Of a stretch of 64,000 bases of DNA, positions 1 to 9,255 are shown one piece after another. The stretch is from an uncultured Gammaproteobacteria bacterium. Lineage in GTDB: Bacteria > Patescibacteriota > Patescibacteriia > UBA10025 > JAHIVO01. The notes under the pieces were generated by a model. That model worked only from the letters and a program-made list of their open reading frames with translations. It was not told the DNA's origin and did not search any database. Every line of letters begins with the position of its first letter. Positions within the stretch are counted from its first letter, which is position 1. The position numbers were made by a program, and so were the translations under genes. The stretch is from positions 58 through 64,057 of the forward strand of contig CAZQBL010000025.1 in NCBI GenBank assembly GCA_964592105.1. The letters run 5' to 3'.

Positions 1-377
1 AAGGAACTACTTTTGTTTGCGAAGAAAAAAACGGCAAGTCAGTATTAAAAGTAATTGACGGTACTGTTGACTTTAAGTCAAAAGCTACTGGCGAAACAGT
101 AAAAGTTGGCGGCGGAGAAATGATCGAGGCAGATGCTAACGGCTTATCTGAAGTTGCTAAATTTGATATTGCAGAAGAGTCTGAATCTTGGATTAAGTTA
201 AACGAGATTGACTGGGAGAAATTGGATAAAGAGAGTCCCCGGGATGTTCCAGCAGCAGAGCAGGTCGGGAAAAAAACGAAAACAAGAGGTCCTTGGTCGT
301 GGTTACTAATTGTGATATTTATCGCGGCGGTTATAGTTTTAATCGGTTTTTTTCGTTCCGCCCGCCGAGCTCGTTAA
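1..377 (+). CDS. 3'-end of a hypothetical protein with C-terminal transmembrane anchor (5'-partial; frame stays open back to the window start)
   Basis: Frame 3 has no stop from base 3 to TAA at 375-377; the C-terminus WLLIVIFIAAVIVLIGFF followed by RSARRAR looks like a tail anchor. No family recognised. Confidence 0.45.
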   Translation, partial: GTTFVCEEKNGKSVLKVIDGTVDFKSKATGETVKVGGGEMIEADANGLSEVAKFDIAEESESWIKLNEIDWEKLDKESPRDVPAAEQVGKKTKTRGPWSWLLIVIFIAAVIVLIGFFRSARRAR

Positions 378-697
378 TAAAATCGGTTCGGATTTTTTCA
401 AATACACACCGCTTAGGCGGCAATTAAAATCATTGCTCTATCGCATGGCAGTCAACCCGTCTGCGTTTATTAAAAAAATGAAAATCATACGTGTATAAGA
501 CAAAGAAATAATTCCCGCCCCTCACGAGGATCCGCAGAATCCCGAGATTCTGAAAAAAATTCTACTCCAACGCGACGATCTGATTAACGCTTGGATCCAG
601 ATGATCAATTTGACCTACTTTAAAGTGGGAAAATTCTCCGACTGCACTATCATGAGGATATACAAAAAATTTTCATTATGCTGACTAGTAAGGCAAA

Positions 698-901
698 ATG
701 GTAATTGATGATGAAAAAGAAATTTTATACAAAGGCGATACGGACATTATCCCAGTTGGTATTAAACACGCTATGACAAATATTGGCCAGGAAGATGCGG
801 AATATCTGGCCATTGGCACGGCCAAAGGCAAGCTGAAAAAAAACAATCATCCACAAATAAAAACAACAAGCCGGCTCTACACTATCCCCTATTATCTATG
901 A
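698..901 (+). pseudogene. cupin-domain fragment (C-terminal cupin motif only); upstream part sits in another frame at ~521-694
   Basis: GDTDIIPVGIKHAMTNIGQEDAEYLAIG matches cupin motif 2 (GD..iP.g..H...N.g.e...fl.i). 67 aa is too short for a complete cupin barrel. A neighbouring frame (521-694) is open but its similarity to cupin motif 1 is weak. Confidence 0.3.
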
Positions 902-1141
902 CCTCCAATTCGGCAACGGAAGATCAAGTCCCCTTCTTTTTAATAATACGTAATCAAACATATAAAAGACCCGAGCATGCAATAACTTTGACCGCGTGGG
1001 CCATGATGGCCACCATGCTAAAAACAAGGAGTATCAACGCTTAAGTAGTCGCTGATCCGTTGATAATGATCGGATTAAATACTGGAAAAATTTTGACCAG
1101 GCGGTACAGCTTGAAGGCATCAAAAAATTAACAACTAAAAA

Positions 1142-1735
1142 ATGAAAAACACACAAATCAAAAGACAGGGCGATTCCATTCCCGCACAGGCCAGGCGTGT
1201 CTTCAAAGGAAAAATATTTGAGGTCTGGCAGTGGCCGCAGAAAATGTACGACGGCAGCACTCACATCTTTGAACGCCTGAAACGACCGGACACGGCTCAG
1301 ATTATCGCCGTAGTCGGCGATAAAATACTCATCCAGAGACAAAAACAGCCAGACAGAAAACGATCCTTCACCTCTTTGCCCGGCGGGCGCTGTGACGACA
1401 AAGAATCTCCATGGCTGACCGCCCGGCGGGAATTACTAGAAGAAACCGGCTACGAGTCAAACAACTGGCTCCTTTGGAAACAACACAAACCGGTAAGTAA
1501 AATCGAATGGACAATACACACTTTTATCGCTCGTGACTGCATTCTAACTGGAAAACCACGGCTGGACTCTGGAGAAAAAATAAAAAACAAATTGATCAGT
1601 TTTGTGGAATTTCTTAACTTAACTGAAGACAAAAGTTTCTACGACCCACAATTGGTCATTGTCCTGCTACGGGCTAGACATGATGCTCGCAAAAAGATTG
1701 AGCTCTATAATCTCCTCTTCAAAAAACATCAATAA
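1142..1735 (+). CDS. NUDIX hydrolase
   Basis: Nudix box GGRCDDKESPWLTARRELLEETGYES fits Gx5Ex7REUxEExGU. Confidence 0.8.
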   Translation: MKNTQIKRQGDSIPAQARRVFKGKIFEVWQWPQKMYDGSTHIFERLKRPDTAQIIAVVGDKILIQRQKQPDRKRSFTSLPGGRCDDKESPWLTARRELLEETGYESNNWLLWKQHKPVSKIEWTIHTFIARDCILTGKPRLDSGEKIKNKLISFVEFLNLTEDKSFYDPQLVIVLLRARHDARKKIELYNLLFKKHQ

Positions 1736-1752
1736 ATTGCTAAGCTGAAGAT

Positions 1753-2025
1753 ATGCGCTCTATTCTCCGATCAAAAATACATAAAGCCACTGTTACCAGG
1801 GCTGATTTGAATTACATAGGCAGCCTTACTATTGACCAAGACCTTATGGACAAGGCTGGTTTTTGATCGGGCGAAAAAGTCCTGGTGGTCAGCAATACCA
1901 GGGGCGCCAGACTGGAGACATATATTATCATCGGACCGAAAAATTCGGGAACAATTTGTATGAACGGAGCCGCTTCCCATATTATTAAAATCGATGAGGA
2001 AATTATTATTTGGGCTTTGAACTGA
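1753..2025 (+). pseudogene. panD: aspartate 1-decarboxylase (PanD) interrupted by an in-frame TGA at 1864-1866
   Basis: [89 protein letters not shown] aligns gap-free with E. coli and B. subtilis PanD, including the G-S self-cleavage site and GARLETYII/NGAA blocks. The single TGA replaces a conserved Leu/Ile codon. Confidence 0.75.
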
Positions 2026-2094
2026 CCGACAAACCGATAACCCCCAAAAATATTTTAGTCGATAAGAATAATAAATTCGTTAAATATCATAACT

Positions 2095-2652
2095 ATGAAA
2101 CAAACCTACCAAAACTTGCTCAAAGCCATTGCCGGTGAATCTTTGGCGCGCAATAAATACACCTTCTACGCCAAACAGGCACGGAAAGAAGGCTATGAAT
2201 GGATCGCCCGCGTTTTTGAAGAAACTGCTGAGAACGAACGGGCCCATGCCGAGGAAGAACTTGAAAAGCTACCCGAGCACGTGACCATGACCAACACTTA
2301 CGACATTCACCCGGTTGGTGACACCATGGCCAATCTCCTCCACGCCGCCGAGGGCGAAGAATACGAATTCGGCACCATGTATCCTGATTTTGCCAAAGTC
2401 GCCGATGAAGAAGGCGAAAAAGAAATTGCCCTGCTCTTCCGGAAAATCGCCGAAGCGGAAACCAAACATGCCGAGCGCTACCGGATACTTCTTGAAAAAG
2501 TGAAACAAGGCTCGCTCTACCAGAACGAAGAAGAGATCGAGTGGAAATGCGAAAACTGCGGTTATGTCCACAAAGGGAAATCCGCGCCGAGCAAATGCCC
2601 GCTTTGCCAAAAGCCGCAAGGCTGGTACCGGGGACTGGGAATTATACGATAA
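2095..2652 (+). CDS. rbr: rubrerythrin (ferritin-like diiron domain plus C-terminal rubredoxin-like CxxC..CxxC)
   Basis: ExxH diiron motifs (ENERAHAEEE, AEAETKHAERY) and C-terminal CENCGY...CPLCQ. Confidence 0.85.
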   Translation: MKQTYQNLLKAIAGESLARNKYTFYAKQARKEGYEWIARVFEETAENERAHAEEELEKLPEHVTMTNTYDIHPVGDTMANLLHAAEGEEYEFGTMYPDFAKVADEEGEKEIALLFRKIAEAETKHAERYRILLEKVKQGSLYQNEEEIEWKCENCGYVHKGKSAPSKCPLCQKPQGWYRGLGIIR

Positions 2653-2757
2653 ACTAAGAAACTTTATACGAACAAAACCTACTCTCTGATAAAAAATAAA
2701 GGGATAGTTGTTTCTAATCCACGAAAGTTCAAATCATCTCTCGACCAGATTGTTTCA

Positions 2758-3036
2758 GTGGGTCCGAAAAAATTACATATTCTGGCTGATTTTGACCGGA
2801 CACTGACTTGCGCTTACCCAAAACCGCTCGCCATCTTTAATTTATGCATAAAAATCTGCTCACTCCTGAACATTCTTAAAAGGCACGCCAACTTTTTAAT
2901 AAATATAATCGTCTGGAGATTTCACCACGACTTTCCATTACCATTAAGAAAAGGCTATAGGCGATGGTGGACAGAACATTTTCACCTGCTTAATGAATCG
3001 GGGCTTTCGAAGAAAGTCATCAAACAGTTGGAATAA
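2758..3036 (+). pseudogene. N-terminal fragment of a HAD-superfamily pyrimidine 5'-nucleotidase (UMPH-1-like), truncated at ~92 aa
   Basis: HAD motif I ILADFDRTLT (DxDxT). WWTEHFHLLNESGLSKKVI resembles the WW..H.LL..GL.K block of cytosolic 5'-nucleotidase III. Full-length proteins are ~290 aa; the ORF stops at 3036. Confidence 0.3.
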
Positions 3037-3134
3037 TCAATGATAAAATGCCCGAATCGCTCACATAACTTAGCGGTGCTACAATTACTTTAATAATTAA
3101 GCAAACGCGAACAATCCCCTCTTCAAACCCTCAT

Positions 3135-4010
3135 ATGAAAAACATGACTGCCAATTTAAAAAATGATCTCCTTAGAGCTCAAGAAAACGAAATCACTGAA
3201 CACTATATATACCAACGCCTGGCCAAACACACCAAGCATGAAGGTAATCGGGCCATACTGCAAGGAATCGCTGCTGACGAAAAAAAACACTACGAGTATT
3301 GGCGACAACATACCGGTCAGGATGTCCAGCCGAATCGTTGGCGTCTGTGTAAATACTACTTAATCGCTCAGATATTTGGCCTGACCTTCGGCGTTAAATT
3401 AATGGAGCAAGGCGAAAAACAGGCTCAAATTAATTACAAAGCTATTGCCACGGAATTACCCGAGGTCCTGGAAATAGAGAAAGATGAGGAAGCACACGAA
3501 AACAAACTGATAAATTTGATTAACGAAGAAAAGTTGGAATACATCGGCTCGGTTGTCCTGGGTCTGAATGACGCCCTGGTGGAACTAACCGGCGCTCTAG
3601 CCGGACTAACTTTGGCTTTGCAAAACAGCCGGCTAATTGCTATGGCCGGCCTGATTACTGGACTGGCCGCCTCGCTATCCATGGCTGTCTCCGAATACCT
3701 GTCCACTAAGACCGAAGGTGTCAAAAAAAACCCGCTCAAGGCCTCGCTTTACACCGGTACGGCCTATATTGGTACCGTCATTCTCCTCGTTTTGCCCTAC
3801 CTTTTAATATCCAACCTATATCTGGCCATGGGCGTGACCCTATTTTTGGCTATCTGCATCATTCTTGTTTTCACTTACTATTTAGCCGTGGCCAAGGACT
3901 TACCCTTTAAACGTCGGTTTGGGGAAATGGCCCTGTTAAGTCTGAGCGTGGCGGCAATTTCCTTTGGCATTGGCTTTGTGGTTAGATTAGCGTTTGGTAT
4001 CGAGGCGTAA
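3135..4010 (+). CDS. VIT1/CCC1-family iron/manganese transporter with N-terminal ferritin-like (rubrerythrin-like) domain
   Basis: N-terminal ferritin-like helices (EHYIYQRLA...DEKKHYEYW...EEAHENKL) followed by several TM helices with the G-rich VIT1 pattern (GLNDALVELTGALAGL...). Confidence 0.65.
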   Translation: MKNMTANLKNDLLRAQENEITEHYIYQRLAKHTKHEGNRAILQGIAADEKKHYEYWRQHTGQDVQPNRWRLCKYYLIAQIFGLTFGVKLMEQGEKQAQINYKAIATELPEVLEIEKDEEAHENKLINLINEEKLEYIGSVVLGLNDALVELTGALAGLTLALQNSRLIAMAGLITGLAASLSMAVSEYLSTKTEGVKKNPLKASLYTGTAYIGTVILLVLPYLLISNLYLAMGVTLFLAICIILVFTYYLAVAKDLPFKRRFGEMALLSLSVAAISFGIGFVVRLAFGIEA

Positions 4011-4221
4011 AAAATAATACTATAAAAAGTAGGCGTAAACAAAAAAATGAGGCCGATCCGCGAGTCATCAAGCAGGTCTGGGTAAAAAATAAAAAGGCTC
4101 AAAAAAAATTCGCCGGACCGACCTCTTGTACCAGCAGGCATCCATTGAATACATTGTGGGAGCAAAAAAGACTAAAGACCAAGCGACGACGAATCAAACA
4201 GATAATTGACAAACTAATTAA

Positions 4222-4596
4222 ATGACCAAGCAATATGAAATTGATACCCTGGCTGGCGAGTGTTTCTGGTGTACTGAGGACGTCTTTTTTGCCACGCACG
4301 ACCCGACCACTGTAAACCGACAGGGCAATGATGTCGGCCAACAATGCCGTTCGGCTGTTTTTTGTCATGATGAACAACAGCGCAAAATCACTGAGCAAAT
4401 TATGGCTCAGTTGGCTAAAGAAAAAATATTCGATAGCCCCATTGTTACTCAAATAGTCCCATCTACTGATTTTTTTCCGGCCGGAGGTTATCACCCGGAT
4501 TATTACGCCAATAACCCTGCCCAACCGTACTGTCAAACGATAATCAGCCCCAAAATTGCCAAACTTCGTCAAAAATTCCCCTCTTATCTTAAATAG
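4222..4596 (+). CDS. msrA: peptide-methionine (S)-S-oxide reductase MsrA homolog with an in-frame internal deletion (possibly non-functional)
   Basis: N-terminal active site AGECFWCTEDVF and C-terminal HDPT..NRQGNDVGQQ.RSAVF...PIVTQI...GYHPDYYANNP..YC match MsrA. About 55 residues between the two blocks are absent (124 aa against a typical ~170). Confidence 0.6.
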   Translation: MTKQYEIDTLAGECFWCTEDVFFATHDPTTVNRQGNDVGQQCRSAVFCHDEQQRKITEQIMAQLAKEKIFDSPIVTQIVPSTDFFPAGGYHPDYYANNPAQPYCQTIISPKIAKLRQKFPSYLK

Positions 4597-4806
4597 AGCG
4601 GTCTATAGACTTTTCGCCGGCAGCTATCTCTAACATCGGTTTTCTGGTCATCTGACTGTGTCTGGTTTTTGTTAACCGGCGCGAACAACCATCGTGCCTA
4701 TCCTTTATCGAACCCTTATCCGTGGCCGTGGGCGCTTTCTCGTTTATTGCCACCTCCATCCGACTCTCGTCGGCAAATGCGCAAATAGAAAAACTCACTA
4801 TTAAGA

Positions 4807-5832
4807 CTAAAAATTAATTATGGACTTAATCCGACGGCCAGAATAACTCTCTGCTTCGGCAAAAGCCCGCGGCCCGTCTTGGGCTTGATACCGGTGCGTA
4901 ATCAAACTCTTTAAATCAACTTTTTTCCGGGCCAGCAGGTCGATAGAATCCGGAAAGGTAAAGGCACAGGTCCAGGAACCGCGCACGTCCAATTCCTTCT
5001 TAACAATATTCATCATGGTAATTTTGGCCGGCGAAGCGAACACGCCGAGCAAAATTACCCGCCCATTGCCGCGACAGATATCAAAACTCATCTCCGCTGT
5101 CTGTTCTAAACCAACCACCTCAAAAACAATATCGAAACCATGAGCCGAACCGATCTCATTCATACGTTTTTTGATATTTTCTTTTTTGGTATTAATAATA
5201 TGGTGAGCCCAGCCATGCTCTTTGGCAAAATCGAGAGTTTCGTCTCGCACATCCAGGCCGGTCACCAAAGCCCCCGAAGCATACAGCACCTGATCTACCA
5301 AAAGACCAATCGGACCCTGGCCAACTACCGCCACTCGTTTATTCAGCAAAAAACCTGCCTCACGCACAGCATACAAAGCAATCGAAAGAGGTTCAATAAT
5401 GGCCGCTTCATCCAGACTGACTTCATCGGGAATCGGATACACTAACTCTTCGGGAATACTCACGTATTCAGCCAAAGCGCCAGGCCGATGAATACCGATA
5501 ATCTGCCGGTTAATACACAAATTTGGCTTGCCGGTGCGGCAATACTCGCACTGATGACACACCACTACGTGTTCCCCGACCACCCGATCGCCAACTTTCA
5601 CCCGCGTCACCCTCTTGCCAACCTTGGCCACGATACCAGAAAATTCATGGCCGGGGATAATCCCGGCAGGCACATTCATTCCCCCGCGGAAAATATGAAG
5701 ATCGGTCCCGCAAATGCCCACGCTTTTTATCTGCATCAGCACCTCGTGTTCATCTATGACTGGAATCGGAACAGCGGCATACTCAATTCTATTTTTTCCT
5801 TGATAGACCAGGGCGTGTACTGACTTAGACAT
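4807..5832 (-). CDS. zinc-dependent alcohol dehydrogenase (MDR family; threonine/sorbitol dehydrogenase-like)
   Basis: GICGTDLHIF, GHEFSGIV, structural-Zn CHQCEYCRTGKPNLC, Rossmann VVGQGPIGLL. Confidence 0.85.
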   Translation of the reverse strand: MSKSVHALVYQGKNRIEYAAVPIPVIDEHEVLMQIKSVGICGTDLHIFRGGMNVPAGIIPGHEFSGIVAKVGKRVTRVKVGDRVVGEHVVVCHQCEYCRTGKPNLCINRQIIGIHRPGALAEYVSIPEELVYPIPDEVSLDEAAIIEPLSIALYAVREAGFLLNKRVAVVGQGPIGLLVDQVLYASGALVTGLDVRDETLDFAKEHGWAHHIINTKKENIKKRMNEIGSAHGFDIVFEVVGLEQTAEMSFDICRGNGRVILLGVFASPAKITMMNIVKKELDVRGSWTCAFTFPDSIDLLARKKVDLKSLITHRYQAQDGPRAFAEAESYSGRRIKSIINF

Positions 5833-6335
5833 ATATTTATATGAAGTAAATGCTTAAATCTACAGGTAATATACCCCAACTCTAAGGAATTATCAAAATG
5901 TAGTATACTAAAAAATAGCTCTACCGAAATAAAAGAGGACGGTGCCAACGAAATCATGCCATTTGTGTGCCGGGATCAGGACAGATTCAAGGCCATATAC
6001 ACACCGGGCGGAAAAAAGAGAGAATACTCCAAATCAGTATTCAAAAACCGCCCAGTATATTGCGGTAACAGAATTAACTAATAATTTCATACCTGCGGCC
6101 ATGAGATCATAATCTCTAGCCGCTTTTTTTGGCTCTTTTTCAACAATTTATTGGTATACTTACTATAGCAAGACACTATGAATGTCAAACTAAAAAATTA
6201 GCTACTTGCTAAAACTCGTGGTTATATAAAAGAAGGTGGCTCGCCACACGACTTCGAACATTCATGGCGAGTAATTGAAATGCTGAAAAATCGTCCACCT
6301 TAAAAATGGGCGCAATACGCCATAATTGCCGTTGA

Positions 6336-6911
6336 TCAAAACGGCAGAGTATAATTTATCGACTGCTCGTGTTTTTCTTCCCAGCCCGATATATCAATCG
6401 GTATGGTGCCCGCCTCAACGCCGATTTTATATTTCAAACACTTATTAACCAGGGCATATTCGTACACTTCCTTGGTAATCCTTACGTCGTCCTCGCAATA
6501 CTTCCTTATTTTTTCTATCTCACCCTGCCGCCACCAGGTAATGGTCTGCAACCCATGGCCTGATTTTTGCGTACCCAGCGTCCCGGCGGCAATAGCGTCC
6601 AGCGGCAAACGGCGGCCGAATGATTTAATCACCGACTGCATCAGGTCAATACTTTTTATTTTGGTCAAATCACCAGGATAATATTTATTCAATAAAGGAA
6701 TGTCAAAATGGTCAGAGTTAAAACCGATAATCTGATCGGTATTTTCCAGTAATTTCCACAATTTCGGAAAATCTTTCTCTAAAAACGACTCATATGCCTT
6801 CGCGGCGTAATCATAAACGACTAACAGAGAAATATCCAGTTTAACCGGATCATAGACACCAACATCATTGAAAGTGTTTTTTGTCTCGACGTCCAAAACG
6901 ACTTTACGCAT
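6336..6911 (-). CDS. DEDD-type 3'-5' exonuclease (RNase H-like fold)
   Basis: LDVET acidic motif, FNSDHFDIPLL, YCEDDVRITKEVY; pattern is typical of the DnaQ-like exonuclease superfamily. Confidence 0.5.
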   Translation of the reverse strand: MRKVVLDVETKNTFNDVGVYDPVKLDISLLVVYDYAAKAYESFLEKDFPKLWKLLENTDQIIGFNSDHFDIPLLNKYYPGDLTKIKSIDLMQSVIKSFGRRLPLDAIAAGTLGTQKSGHGLQTITWWRQGEIEKIRKYCEDDVRITKEVYEYALVNKCLKYKIGVEAGTIPIDISGWEEKHEQSINYTLPF

Positions 6912-7020
6912 AGAAATAATCGAAAAAAGCTGTTATAATGACTATTACTTAAGTGTCTCTAAATGACTCACATAATTATAATTCTGCCGTAAAGCGCTAT
7001 CAATGTCAAAAACCATGACT

Positions 7021-7490
7021 GTATATTATGATGCCAATCAAGTGGCACACGAACTCTCCCAGCCGGAAAACATATCAATTGGCCCGTTTCCGTCTATCCA
7101 TTAGTGATAAGAGGTAAAAAAGTCCTGGTCAACAAACCGCGCTGGAGCGAAAAACGGGAGCTGCCGGGTGGAGCGGTCGAGCTTGGGAAAAAATTAATGC
7201 AGCCCTGGTCCGCTAATGCTATGAAGAAACAGGATATTCAATAAAACCAGCCAATGATATTCCACTCTTTATCGGCGAAAACAACTTTTACATAACCACG
7301 CTGAAAAATTTTTACCACTCAATCATCATGGTCTTCCCGGCCAAACTCATTTCTGAAACACAGGATAAACTCGGCATTAACAGCGGTGAAGAAAATGATG
7401 AAGTCCGGGAAGTGAAATGGCTGCCCTTGTCCGGATTAACCGAGCAGAACAGCCAGCTCATGACCACCTGGCCGGTTATTAAAAAATAAA
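7021..7490 (+). pseudogene. decayed NUDIX hydrolase (several stops/frameshifts; catalytic REx2EE lost)
   Basis: Frame fragments ...ISIGPFPSIH then three consecutive stops, then +1 frame GKKVLVNKPRWSEKRELPGGAVELGKKLMQPWSANAMKKQDIQ*, then a C-terminal piece ...EVREVKWLPLSGLTEQN.... No ORF of 60 aa or more here. Confidence 0.5.
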
Positions 7491-7501
7491 ATCATAAACA
7501 A

Positions 7502-8125
7502 ATGGGGCTGACCAACTTTCTCGTTGACTACTTCACCTTAATTATAGAAAAACTTGGCTACCTGGGCATCGGGATTTTAATGACTCTGGAAAGCATGATC
7601 GCGCCTGTACCCAGCGAAGCGGTCATGCCTTTTGCCGGCTTTTTGTGGTACGACGGCAAATTTACTCTCTGGGGAATTATCCTGGCTAGCACTTTGGCCA
7701 GTATCCTGGGCTCGCTTATTTCCTATTATATCGGCGCCTATGGCGGCCGGCCTTTGGTCAAAAAATTCGGTAAATACCTGTTACTCAATGAGCGTCATTT
7801 AGACAAAACAGAACAATTTTTTCAAAAATACGGCGATAAAACAATATTCATCAGCCGTTTTATTCCTATTGTTAGACACCTCATCTCTATACCGGCCGGT
7901 GTCGGTCGGATGAGAATAGGGAAATTTTTACTCTATACAACCATTGGCGCCGGTCTGTGGAACTCATTTCTGACCTGGCTTGGCTTTCAATTAAGGGATA
8001 AATGGGAGGCCATCAGAAAATACACCGAGATATTAGACGTACTGATCATTGTCGTCATTGCCCTAGCTATTATCTATTTTATATATCAGCGAAAAAAACG
8101 GACGCGCCGAATAAATTCGTTATGA
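7502..8125 (+). CDS. DedA/VTT-domain family membrane protein
   Basis: LESMIAPVPSEAVMPFAGFL...FISRFIPIVRHLISIPAG matches the DedA signature. Stop TGA overlaps the next start (ATGA). Confidence 0.8.
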   Translation: MGLTNFLVDYFTLIIEKLGYLGIGILMTLESMIAPVPSEAVMPFAGFLWYDGKFTLWGIILASTLASILGSLISYYIGAYGGRPLVKKFGKYLLLNERHLDKTEQFFQKYGDKTIFISRFIPIVRHLISIPAGVGRMRIGKFLLYTTIGAGLWNSFLTWLGFQLRDKWEAIRKYTEILDVLIIVVIALAIIYFIYQRKKRTRRINSL

Positions 8126-9213
8126 AAAAATTGCCGACCCTTTTAAGTCTTGGGTCTATCCTACTCTTAAGTGTTATCAGTGTTTTTTCATTTTGGTATT
8201 CCCTAGCCTCTCCTGCTCCCGCGCCGGCTTTTTACGACCTTACTGGAAATAATCCCGGAACATCCTCGGACAATTCCGGCTGTACTGCTTGCGCGTTCGG
8301 ACAAAACGAAAAGGTAACCTTGATTGCCGTCGGCGACATCATGCTTTCCCGCAACGTAGAACAAAAAATGATCAGCAAAAACGACTGGCTTTACCCTTTT
8401 CGGGAAACACACCAAATAACTACCACTGGTGACATTGTCTTCGGCAACCTAGAATCGCCATTGATCGAAGGGCCCATCGTTCAGACCGGCCAAATGTCTT
8501 TCCGGGCTAACCCCAAGGCAGTTGAGGGATTAAAGTTTGGCGGTTTCAACATTCTGTCGCTGGCCAACAACCACATGAAAAATCAGGGCAGCCAAGGGAT
8601 AGAAAGAACAATTGAAGTATTAAATGAAAAAGGTCTCAAACACGTCGGTGCCGGCCTGAACGCAGAACAGGCGCGCCAGCCAGCAATTTTAGAAATAAAT
8701 GGAATTAAATTTGGATTCTTAGCTTATCTAGATAGCGCCTTTACTCCGGCTTCTTATGAAGCCACGACCTCACGATCCGGCTCACCGTTCATGAACGAAC
8801 AAACTTTAATTGACGATCTAAAAAAACTGAAACCGCGGGTGGACGTCATGATCGTTTCCATGCATGCCGGAGCTGAATACATGCTCACCCCAAACGAAAA
8901 ACAGAAAAATTTTGCACACACAGCTATCGACCACGGAGCCTCCTTGGTCATCGGGCATCATCCGCACGTGGTCGAACCGATTGAACGATATAACGATGGC
9001 TACATCCTATACAGTTTGGGAAACTTTGTCTTCGATCAAATGTGGTCTGAAGAAACTCGGCAGGGAGCTATCGCCACTGTTACCTTCCAGGATAAAACTG
9101 TCAGTGAGATCAAATTAACACCAATAAAAATTTATGACTACGCCCAGCCCCGGATTCTGACTGATGCCGAGGGTGAAGCGATAATCAAGCGTATGACCGA
9201 TTTTACTTTTTAA
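8122..9213 (+). CDS. capA: CapA/PGA_cap family metallophosphatase-like protein (poly-gamma-glutamate capsule biosynthesis protein CapA homolog), membrane anchored
   Basis: IAVGDIMLSR, GNLESPL, LSLANNHMKNQG, MHAGAEY, GHHPHVVEP. Start placed at ATG 8122 (MKKLPTLLSLGSILLL signal/TM); the ORF-track start at 8002 lies inside DedA. Confidence 0.75.
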   Translation: MKKLPTLLSLGSILLLSVISVFSFWYSLASPAPAPAFYDLTGNNPGTSSDNSGCTACAFGQNEKVTLIAVGDIMLSRNVEQKMISKNDWLYPFRETHQITTTGDIVFGNLESPLIEGPIVQTGQMSFRANPKAVEGLKFGGFNILSLANNHMKNQGSQGIERTIEVLNEKGLKHVGAGLNAEQARQPAILEINGIKFGFLAYLDSAFTPASYEATTSRSGSPFMNEQTLIDDLKKLKPRVDVMIVSMHAGAEYMLTPNEKQKNFAHTAIDHGASLVIGHHPHVVEPIERYNDGYILYSLGNFVFDQMWSEETRQGAIATVTFQDKTVSEIKLTPIKIYDYAQPRILTDAEGEAIIKRMTDFTF

Positions 9214-9255
9214 CTCTTTTCTGATATAATAAATATTAATTCTCATCAAAAAGAT

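Noticed and set aside
1864-1866. Alternative genetic code (TGA read as Gly or Trp, code 25 or 4) to explain the in-frame TGA in panD
   Set aside because: TGA works as a stop in ATGA stop/start overlaps (8122-8125, 36879-36882, 53920-53923) and ends many well-conserved genes at the expected length. The long aaRS and PBP ORFs are intact under code 11.
1771-1980. 69-aa minus-strand ORF from the ORF track
   Set aside because: It lies wholly within the plus-strand panD homolog, which has strong similarity; the antisense ORF has no recognisable features.
2269-2619. Antisense or overlapping ORFs inside known genes (examples: 2269..2619-, 3434..3739-, 5140..5445+, 57510..57911-, 60913..61236+, 61429..61941+)
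   Set aside because: They are embedded in genes with strong family signatures on the other strand or frame and show low-complexity, unfamiliar translations. Treated as spurious.
8002-8121. Upstream extension of the CapA ORF (track start 8002)
   Set aside because: It overlaps the DedA coding region in another frame. A signal/TM-bearing start at ATG 8122 forming an ATGA overlap is the plausible start.
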